From the NCBI GenBank assembly GCA_038217285.1, contig JBBQPO010000110.1, positions 1 through 18,486 of the forward strand: 18,486 nt of DNA, given 5' to 3'. The notes below the pieces were generated by a model. It was not told the DNA's origin, ran no database searches, and saw only the letters and a list, made by a program, of their open reading frames with translations. Position numbers and translations under genes: made by a program. This document shows positions 1 to 8,100 of the stretch, in pieces. Positions within the stretch are counted from its first letter, which is position 1, and every line of letters starts with the position of its first letter. The DNA is from Chthonomonadales bacterium. GTDB taxonomy: Bacteria > Armatimonadota > Chthonomonadetes > Chthonomonadales > Chthonomonadaceae.

Positions 1-12
1 GAGGGCTTTAGC
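1..12 (+). rRNA. Possible extreme 3' end of 23S rRNA (cut by window edge)
   Basis: Window starts GAGGGCTTTAGC, resembling the common 23S terminus (...CGAGGGCTTRACC), and lies ~315 nt upstream of a 5S rRNA on the same strand. Only 12 nt are visible, so support is weak. Confidence 0.35.
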
Positions 13-329
13 AAAATCCTTGCACCCTACGCGCACCTCGTCCTTCCTCCTGGGCTTCCCACAAGGATACCTTGGCAGAAGGAAAGAGTGCGGGCAGTAG
101 TAAGTAGCAAGCGTGTGAACTTGGTACGCAAGTACCATACAATGGGGATTTGTTGCTGGTAGAGACTTCAGGACTCCCAGGCAAAGCTCTGAACACTTCG
201 ATCAAACCGTCTATTCGTGAAGGATATTGGAGAGTGAGCGCCCGACCGCAAGGAGAGGCGCTCCCCCTTCAAGCCCAAAAACTACAGATTTTGAGGGGAT
301 ATAGGGCTTCTTGCTCTCCTCTCGCCGAT

Positions 330-447
330 TTCTGGTGGTCATAGTGCTGGTGTCCCACCCGTTCCCATCCCGAACACGGTCGTGAAACCCACGCATGCCG
401 ACGATACTCGCGGGGAAACCTGCCGGGAAAATAGGTCGCCGCCAGAA
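330..447 (+). rRNA. rrf: 5S ribosomal RNA
   Basis: 118 nt; terminal helix TTCTGGTGG...CCGCCAGAA; conserved CCACCCGTTCCCATCCCGAACACGG..GTGAAAC loop C region; GCCGACGATACT and GGGAAAATAGGTCGCCGCCAG 3' motifs. Confidence 0.97.
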
Positions 448-456
448 TACATAGCG

Positions 457-500
457 AACGAGCGTCTTCGAGAGCAATCTCAGACGCTCGTTTTGTTTTT
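457..500 (+). terminator. Rho-independent terminator after 5S rRNA
   Basis: AACGAGCGTCT (457-467) pairs with AGACGCTCGTT (482-492), capped by GAGA-GCAA-TCTC, followed by TTTTGTTTTT. Confidence 0.9.
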
Positions 501-521
501 ATGCCAAAGGAGTTCGCCGCC

Positions 522-1457
522 ATGAACATGCGTAACCTCGCCAAAACTGGTTTGCTGGTGATCGCCTTATCCACCACGTTTGCTATAGAGGGTTCCGTCG
601 CTCAACAACGCAACTTTGAACTGGATATCGCCCGATTGTCCCTCAGGGCATTAGATAAATGTTCCCCGAAAGGTCCTGCGTCCCCACCCTCTATCAGCTC
701 TTCCAGCGCCTCATCCCATCGGATACCCGCCGGGTATAAACTGGTCTGGTCCGACGAATTTAACAAAGAGGGCCTGCCTGATAAAACAAAGTGGAGCTAC
801 GATACCGAGGCCAATAAGACGGGTTGGTACAACCATGAACTGCAATACTACGCAGCCGGACGCTCAGAGAACTCTCGCGTTAGCGGCGGAAAACTGATCA
901 TTACGGCACGTAAAGAGGCGCTCACCTCAGCGTCCGATTACGGAGGTCAGAAATACACCTCTGCGCGGCTGATTACGCGCGACAAGGTCAGTTGGACCTA
1001 TGGATTTATCGAAGTGCGTGCCAAACTGCCGGGTGGGATAGGCTCGTGGCCTGCCATCTGGATGCTGGGGACGAGCGGCGGCTGGCCTCGGGGAGGCGAG
1101 ATCGACATCATGGAGCAGGTCGGAAAAGAACCGACCAAAATCCAAGGCACGATACATACTCAGTCGACGGCCGGCACCTCAGGCAGTGGCGGGCAGATCA
1201 ACGTGCCGGACGCCTGCACCCGGTTCCACAACTACCAGTTGACCTGGACGCCGAAACGTCTGTCTATCGGGGTGGACGGCAAAATCTATCACACCTATCT
1301 CGATACAGGCAAAGGAAGAGACAGTTGGCCCTTTGACAAACCGCAGTATCTGCTGCTGAACTTGGCCATTGGCGGAGACATGGGCGGCGCAGTGAAGGAC
1401 AGCATCTTTCCCGTTCAGATGGAGGTCGATTACGTGCGTGTCTATCAAAAACGCTGA
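522..1457 (+). CDS. Glycoside hydrolase family 16 (laminarinase/beta-1,3-glucanase-like), secreted
   Basis: Catalytic EIDIME motif; LVWSDEF, YTSARL, WPAIWML and M.VDYVRVY signatures; N-terminal signal-like segment and Ser/Pro linker. ATG 522 is preferred over 501 because AAGGAG lies at 507-512. Confidence 0.93.
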   Translation: MNMRNLAKTGLLVIALSTTFAIEGSVAQQRNFELDIARLSLRALDKCSPKGPASPPSISSSSASSHRIPAGYKLVWSDEFNKEGLPDKTKWSYDTEANKTGWYNHELQYYAAGRSENSRVSGGKLIITARKEALTSASDYGGQKYTSARLITRDKVSWTYGFIEVRAKLPGGIGSWPAIWMLGTSGGWPRGGEIDIMEQVGKEPTKIQGTIHTQSTAGTSGSGGQINVPDACTRFHNYQLTWTPKRLSIGVDGKIYHTYLDTGKGRDSWPFDKPQYLLLNLAIGGDMGGAVKDSIFPVQMEVDYVRVYQKR

Positions 1458-1519
1458 CGGCAGAGGAGATCAGCCTGAGGTAGAATATAGAGGACAGACA
1501 GGCAGAGGAGAACGAGAAG

Positions 1520-2605
1520 ATGAAACGGATACACAATTTTAGCGCGGGGCCGGCGGTGCTGCCGGTCGAGGTCCTGGAAGAGGCCAGCCGGGGGGTCCTG
1601 GAGATTAACGGGTCGGGAATGTCGATCCTGGAAGTGAGTCATCGGGGCAAAGACTACGAGGCGATCCACTTCGACGCCAAAGAGCGGATGCTCAAGGTGC
1701 TGGGTCTTTCCGCCGACGACTATACCGTGCTCTTTCTGGGCGGTGGTGCAAGTACGGAGTTCGCACTGCTGCCGATGAACTTCCTGCGGCCCGGTCAGAC
1801 CGCCGACTATGTGAACACCGGCGAGTGGGGCACGAAGGCCATCAAAGAGGCGAAGCGGTTCGGGAACGTGCATGTGGCAGGCTCGTCGGAAGACGCGAAG
1901 TTCTCCTATATTCCCACCACGCTCGATCTGACGCCCGACGCCCAGTATGTCCATATCACGACCAACAACACCATTGAAGGCACCGAGTGGCCGTCCCTTC
2001 CGGAGACAGGCAACGTGCCTCTCATCGCCGACGCCTCCTCCGATATCATGGCGCGCGCCCTCGACTATTCGCGCTTTCATCTGTTCTACGCCGGGGCCCA
2101 GAAGAACGCCGGACCTGCCGGGGTGACGATGGTGATCGCGCGCAAAGACTACCTCAACCGCGCCAACGACGACATTCCCACCGTCCTCTCCTACAAGACG
2201 CATGCCAAAGCCGACTCCCTCTACAACACGCCGCCTGCCTTCGCGATCTACGTGGTCGGGCTGGTGCTGAAGTGGATCGAGGCGCAGGGCGGCGTGACCG
2301 TGATCGAGAAGCGCAACTGTGAGAAGGCTGCGCTCGTCTACGACGCCCTCGACGCGCATCCCAACTTCTATGAGCCCGCCGTGCGCAGTAAGGTGGACCG
2401 TTCGCTGATGAACGTCACGTTCCGTATCAGGAACGCCGAACTGGACAAGGCGTTCCTCCAGGGCGCTCAGGAGCGCGAGATGGACGGCCTGAAAGGCCAC
2501 CGCAACGTCGGCGGCTTCCGTGCCTCCCTCTACAACGCCCTGCCGGTCGCCTCTTGCCTGGCCCTCGCGGAATATCTCCACGATTTCGCCCGCCGAAACG
2601 GATAG
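1520..2605 (+). CDS. serC: 3-phosphoserine/phosphohydroxythreonine aminotransferase
   Basis: HNFSAGPAVLP, SILEVSHRG, GGGAS, AGAQKNAGPAG (PLP lysine), SLYNTPP, RSLMNVTF, LKGHRNVGGFRASLYNA; 361 aa; GAGGAG RBS. Confidence 0.98.
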   Translation: MKRIHNFSAGPAVLPVEVLEEASRGVLEINGSGMSILEVSHRGKDYEAIHFDAKERMLKVLGLSADDYTVLFLGGGASTEFALLPMNFLRPGQTADYVNTGEWGTKAIKEAKRFGNVHVAGSSEDAKFSYIPTTLDLTPDAQYVHITTNNTIEGTEWPSLPETGNVPLIADASSDIMARALDYSRFHLFYAGAQKNAGPAGVTMVIARKDYLNRANDDIPTVLSYKTHAKADSLYNTPPAFAIYVVGLVLKWIEAQGGVTVIEKRNCEKAALVYDALDAHPNFYEPAVRSKVDRSLMNVTFRIRNAELDKAFLQGAQEREMDGLKGHRNVGGFRASLYNALPVASCLALAEYLHDFARRNG

Positions 2606-2665
2606 GAAGGGACGCCGCTTCCGAACCTCGATAAGGCGCAGAAGAAACGCTATCGAAGGCTTCTG

Positions 2666-2693
2666 ACAACTGACCGCGCAAGCGGTCAGTTGT
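2666..2693. repeat. Perfect 12-bp inverted repeat with GCAA loop (terminator-like or REP-like)
   Basis: ACAACTGACCGC-GCAA-GCGGTCAGTTGT between serC and the ankyrin gene; no clean U-tract. Confidence 0.75.
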
Positions 2694-2732
2694 GGTTGAT
2701 TGTGTCGTGGGTCTATTGGAAAGGTCGGCGAG

Positions 2733-4358
2733 ATGGACGGGCGAAAAAAACGACTGACAGGCTGCCTGCTTTTGCTCCTCGTAATGGTGGCTCTCCCAAC
2801 CTTCCTCATCCGGAGGCAGCTACGCCAGGATCGCCTGTCCGCGCAACTCATGGCAACCCTCAAAGAGGTACCCTCCCACTTCGAAATTGACTACGATGCT
2901 GAGGCTGAGAAAATTGGGCAGGGACGTGAGAGACTAAAGCAGGTGACCCGGAGAAAAGAAGTGCAGGTAGCGCGACTGCTTCAGGAAGGCGCCGACCCCA
3001 ATGTGCGCGACTTCGGCACGGTCAAACGCTCTTTTTGGGAGGAGGCGAAATTCCTTCTAAAGCAGATGTTCAAACATTCGCCGGCCAGCGCTTCTTTGCC
3101 GCGTTCCGCTCTGTCAATCGCCGTACAGGCCGACAACACCGTAATGGTTCACGCGCTTCTAAAGGCAGGCGCAAATGATGTCAACGCGGAGATAGGGACT
3201 ACGGATGGCCGTGATTATCAGTTTCCTCTCGTCAACTATGCCGCCAACGTCGGCAACCTGGAAATCGTGAAGGAGTTGTGTGCCAGAGGGGCCGACATTC
3301 ACAAACTCAATTCGGAGAGTGAGATCATCCTCCAATCTGCCCTGGAAAGCAGCGGCAGGTATGAAGTCCCTGCGAACAAGGCTGCCGATGTCGCATGGCT
3401 TCTTGATCACAGACGCCGAACGGAAATTTTTCATCTACTGCAGGCAAAGGGCGCGAAGTACGAGGCGAACTCAAAAACCGGACATGCCCTGCTGTTTGCC
3501 GCCGCCGGCGGCGATTTTCTCGAACTGACGCGTGAACTGCTTGTTGCAGGTATATCAGCCAATGCGAGGCCGGAATGGGTGGCTTACCCTCCCGAATTTA
3601 CGGCACTCGACTACGCAGTGACCAACGACGACATTGCTCTCGTTAAACTCCTCTTGCAGTATGGCGCCTCCATTGAAGATGCACAGTCCGAGGCTGCTAT
3701 TCTGTACGTGAAAAGTCCGGCGATGGCACGACTTCTCCTGGAACATGGCGCAGACATCCACGCGATTTCCAGGCGCGGGAAACGGGAAGGCGCAAATGCA
3801 TTGAACTTTGCCTGTATCAACGGAGATGCAAAAGTGATCTCGTTCTTGATCGAGCATGGCTTAGACGTCAATTCCACCAAAGAGTACAGCAGCCCGATAA
3901 CGGAAGCGGCGGAATACGGCGGCGTCGGGGCCGTTCGACTGCTTCTGAAACGTGGCGCAAAAGTCGGCCCAAAATCTCCGGGAGCCGATGCGCTCTACAT
4001 GGCGATTGCAGATTCCCACTTCGACAGTGCGAAGCTAATTCTGCGTTATGGCGCCGCCGTCAATTCGAAGGAAGGCAGTCCGCTTACAGAAGCGGCTAAT
4101 CAAGACAATTTCGATATGGCGCTCGAACTTCTCAAACGCGGGGCGAATGTGAATGCAGGCAGAGGCGAAGCGCTTGTCGCCGCCTGTGAAAGTTGTGACG
4201 AGGACCTCGTCGATCTGCTGCTCCAGTATGGCGCCGATCCTACGGTTCGCGCGAGCGATGGCACGACCGCCATCCAGACGGCGAGACAAAACGCCGATCC
4301 GCCGGAAGACGCCAACGGAATTATTGCGCTGCTGAAAGACTACGGCGCGAAACGGTAG
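2733..4358 (+). CDS. Ankyrin-repeat protein with N-terminal membrane anchor
   Basis: Many repeats of the type TAL..A...G...VKLLL..GADVN (e.g. TALDYAVTNDDIALVKLLLQYGASI, SPLTEAANQDNFDMALELLKRGANVN); basic N-terminus RKKR followed by a hydrophobic helix. ATG 2733 is more plausible than TTG 2700. Confidence 0.92.
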   Translation: MDGRKKRLTGCLLLLLVMVALPTFLIRRQLRQDRLSAQLMATLKEVPSHFEIDYDAEAEKIGQGRERLKQVTRRKEVQVARLLQEGADPNVRDFGTVKRSFWEEAKFLLKQMFKHSPASASLPRSALSIAVQADNTVMVHALLKAGANDVNAEIGTTDGRDYQFPLVNYAANVGNLEIVKELCARGADIHKLNSESEIILQSALESSGRYEVPANKAADVAWLLDHRRRTEIFHLLQAKGAKYEANSKTGHALLFAAAGGDFLELTRELLVAGISANARPEWVAYPPEFTALDYAVTNDDIALVKLLLQYGASIEDAQSEAAILYVKSPAMARLLLEHGADIHAISRRGKREGANALNFACINGDAKVISFLIEHGLDVNSTKEYSSPITEAAEYGGVGAVRLLLKRGAKVGPKSPGADALYMAIADSHFDSAKLILRYGAAVNSKEGSPLTEAANQDNFDMALELLKRGANVNAGRGEALVAACESCDEDLVDLLLQYGADPTVRASDGTTAIQTARQNADPPEDANGIIALLKDYGAKR

Positions 4359-4363
4359 TTTCT

Positions 4364-4822
4364 TCACTCTTCGTCCTCGGGGTCTTCACTGGACGGCTCC
4401 GGGGTTGGCGTCGCCTGTTGGCGCATCTGTTGGCGCAACAGCAGAACTTGCGAACGCATGGCGGCGTCCATCTGGCCGGACTGTGGGGCGGCGATCCAGC
4501 GCATCATGGAAGAGAGGAATAGCTCTTTCAGGTAGGCGAAGGAGAAGCCTTCTGTCAGGGCGACGATCTCCGTGATCCCCACGACCGAGAGTCGCATATC
4601 AGGCTCCAGCGCCGTGTTCCAGTGCGTGATATAGGCTTCGCGTTCGCCGGGGGCGGGCATTGCGAAGGTATATTTGCGGTCGAAGCGGCTGGGGCGGTCC
4701 AGAATGGCCGGGTCCAGCTTTTCCGGATGGTTGGTGGAGGCGATTACCACGACCCCGGTATTGTTTGCAAACCCATCCAGTTCGTTGAGGAAGAAGGAGC
4801 GGTTGCGGTCGTTGATGAGCGA
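4364..4822 (-). pseudogene. C-terminal half of an AAA+ ATPase, 5'-truncated
   Basis: Frame reads [49 protein letters not shown] (sensor 1 / arginine-finger SRH). Upstream of 4822 the frame stays open to a TAA at 5002-5000 but has no Walker A, no Walker B and no ATG/GTG/TTG. Confidence 0.85.
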
Positions 4823-4833
4823 GAGGAGGAGGC

Positions 4834-4853
4834 CGAAAAGGGGCCCCTTTTCG
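4834..4853. repeat. Perfect 20-bp palindrome
   Basis: CGAAAAGGGG|CCCCTTTTCG, 12 nt from the point where AAA+ similarity stops. Confidence 0.85.
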
Positions 4854-4982
4854 TTCTCCAGGCAGGATGTTACATCGGGCGCGTCGAAACGTCTTATGGA
4901 GCAACGACGGCAGAGAGGGGCCGCGCAGTTTAGCCTCTTGAAACCGAAACAACGCCGAAGAGAGACGTTGACAGGGCTGCGC

Positions 4983-5011
4983 TTGATTTTTGCGCGCCAT
5001 TATGATACTAT
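4983..5011 (+). promoter_or_regulatory. Putative sigma70 promoter of the downstream cluster
   Basis: TTGATT (4983-4988), 17-nt spacer, TACTAT (5006-5011), with an extended -10 TG at 5003-5004. Confidence 0.6.
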
Positions 5012-5176
5012 GGGGTAGTATATCATCCCCACCTCGAATTATTCTTGCTTCGGTTTGCAGCGGCGCGGTCACCTCTGCCGCCCATTCTGCAAACCGCCTG
5101 GAAGAAACGAAGAACGACGACGTTCCCTCCTGACGATCTGCGTTCACTCGTTTTCCCCATAAGAAGGGAAGCGTCC

Positions 5177-8100
5177 ATGCCTTGTTTCGGGAATAGCCTC
5201 TCGCCTCGCTCTGTTTGGAGCAGAGGTTTCGCATCCGTTCTGTTCGCGCTCCTGCTGCTCGGGGGAGTGGGCCGTGTCGCCCGCGCCGCCGACGTCACGA
5301 AAGAGTTTCAGGACAAGTATCGCGAGATCTACGGTGCCGTAGACGCGGCACGGCTGCAGCAGACGGTGCAAGACCTCGGTAAGTTCAAGTCGCGTGTCGC
5401 GGGCTATCCCGACAGCGACAAAGCCGCCGACTATGTCAAAGGACAGATTCAGGGGATCCTCGGTCCCGGCAGCGTACAGGAAGACGCATACCATATCACC
5501 ATTCCTTATGATCTCGGTGTGGACGATCCGGCGAAGGGCGCGTATGTGCAGGTAGTGCCAACCCCCGGCGGAGCGGCAGCGACGAGCGCGACCTTGGCTG
5601 CGGCCCCCTTGCGGATGTATCCGCTCTGGCCCAATCTGGTCCGCACCCCGACCCTCCCCGCCAACGGCCTGACCGCCCCCCTTATCTATGTCCGAGACGG
5701 CAAACTTCGCAACTTCAACGGCAAAGATGTAGACGGCGCGGTCGTCATGGTCGATTTCAACTGCGCGGCGGAGTGGATGAACGCCCCGCGCCTCGGCGCG
5801 AAAGCCGTCATCTTCGTCGCCCCGACCACCACGATGCGCGGCGAGGCTGAAGCCAAGTTCATCTCGATCCCCATCGCCATTCCCCGCTTCTATATGACCA
5901 AGGAGGACGCCGCGCCCCTGCTTGCCCAGTGCGTCAGCGGGCGCGCCCCGACGGTCAAGCTCACCTGCACTATGCCCTGGGAAACCAAAACAGGGCGCAA
6001 CTTCATGGCGAAGATCGAAGGCTCTGACCCCGAGCTGAAAAAGCAAGTCATCGTCGTGCAGTCCTACTACGACTCCACCTCGGTCGTACCTGCCCTCGCT
6101 CCCGGCGCGGATACGACCTGCGGCATGGCCGCCATGCTCGAGATGATGCGCTACTTCAAACAGCCGGAGCACCAGCCGAAGCGTACCATGTGGTTCGTCG
6201 CGACCAGTGCGCATTTCCAGGCGCTGCAGGGTATCCGGGAATATGTGCATGCGCATATGGACGAATGGACCGCGCCCAGCCTCGTCGAATCCGCGACCGC
6301 GAAAGAGAACGCCGGGCGCGTCAGCGTGTGGCTGGTCGGCGCTCTGGTCCTGTTCGCCGTGCTGCTGGTCGTTCGGCTGGCGCGTAAGCTGGCGGAGGGC
6401 GAGAAGCGGTTCAATGGCCCGACGGTCTTTGTCACGGTGTCCCTGTTCCTCATGCTGTTGCTCAACCTCGGCTTTTTCGCGCAGCCACGCGACAAGTCGG
6501 CGCATGAACCCCCCACGATCTACCTCTGGGCCGGGCTCGACCTCACCAGTCAGACACAGTCGTTCGGAATCTTCTATAAAGGCTGGTTCTTCGACTATCG
6601 CGAGGACATCCAGGGTCGCTTCAGCGACATCGCCCGCGTCTGCCGCGAGAACGCCGAGAAGGTCGGCACCACGCTTGGATTCAACTCAAAACGCTATTTC
6701 AACGACGGTGTCAACCCGGTAGACGGCAAGAACTGGCGCAACTTCATCCCCGGCAAGCCCGCCTTCGACTCCGAAGTCGTCACGGTCGCCGGCGGCAACG
6801 GCATCACCTTCGCCTCCACCGACGACAGCCGCTCCCTCGTAGACACGCCGTTCGATACCCCGGACAAGGTCAATATCGCCAACCTCGCGCAGCAGGTGAA
6901 GCTTCTCGACTGCCTGATGTGGCACATCGTGACCGATACCAATGCTCCCGGCGACGTGAACGCGCAGCGCATGCCGATCACCGATCCCTCCAAATGGTCC
7001 CGTATGGCGCTGCAGGGCGGCTTCGCGACGGTGCAGGGCCGGGTGCAGATGTTCAACCCGCGCAAATCCTTTATCGCCAACTCCGACCCCGCGCTCTCCG
7101 ACACCCTCGTCGTTGTCCGCAACCGCAATAAGTCGTTTATGGGCGTGCGCGGCAACATGGTGCAGCGCACCGAGTGGACCACCCCCGAGCGGATGCACGA
7201 GCTGACCTTCAACGCCGACGGCAGTCTGCGGAAAAACCTCGAGGGAGAGGCGCTGGCCAACTCCGGCCCGCCGATCCCGGCCTCCAACTTCTTCGCCTTC
7301 CACGGCATCGCTCCGCTCACGGCCTATGGCAACAACAAAGCCACGCTGCTCGCCGCCTACCATCTCGACTATCGCGACGAGCGCACCGACCCGAAAGATC
7401 CCACCGGCAAGACCAAAATTCCGAACCCCCTGCGCGGTGAAATCGACTACGCACCCGACCTCGGCAGCACCGGCGCGAAGTATGTGCCGCTGGACGTCAT
7501 GGTCACCACCGCCGTCAAAGAGACGCCGGTCATCGTGTTCCGGTGCGTTCCGACCGCCATCTACGACCTCGTCGATCAGCAGTCGCTGCGCGCTCTGACC
7601 GGCATCGACATCTACGATGGGGAGAGCAACGGCGAGCCGCGCATGTATGGCTACGCTATCGACCCACAGGACCCCTCGCTGGTCGGCTCCTATGTCGAGG
7701 ATGTCGCCGTCCTGTTCTCGCAGCCCGGCTCACGTCTGAAGATCGCCATGAACAGCGGCCCCGGCGCGACGCGCCTGCTGCTGATCAACTCGCAGTACGA
7801 CGCCTCCGATCCGTTCAACCTGAAGAACCTCTCCCCGGAGCCCGAGGGCAAAGGCTACCTTGTCGCGGGCAGCACAAAGGATGCGCAGAATGCCGACCTC
7901 CTGGGCGACCTGACGGACAAGGCCACTGACGATACGGGCGAGATTGCCAAATCCGGTGCGATCTACGATACCGCCCTGCACGTCGCCGAAGATATGCACC
8001 GGCTCGACGACTTCCGGATGCGCCGTCTGGCCAAGTACCGCATCCTCGATATGGACAGCGACGAAGGCGTGCCCGGCCTGCACAAACTGGCGGCAGGCGC

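Noticed and set aside
186-196. boxA-like antiterminator GCTCTGAACAC
   Set aside because: Only a partial match to GCTCTTTAACA; could be chance.
330-447. Firm claim of an orphan (unlinked) 5S rRNA
   Set aside because: The first 12 nt resemble a 23S 3' end, so linkage cannot be excluded from this window.
8-577. Short ORFs 8..205, 150..344, 211..477 and 269..577
   Set aside because: They overlap the 5S rRNA, its spacer and terminator, and show no protein motifs.
1520-2605. Functional link between serC (serine supply) and the selenoprotein
   Set aside because: serC is a housekeeping gene separated from the cluster by unrelated genes and a rearrangement scar; nothing beyond proximity supports it.
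4968-4973. Perfect TTGACA as the -35 element
   Set aside because: No -10-like hexamer 16-18 nt downstream; the TTGATT/TACTAT pair fits better.
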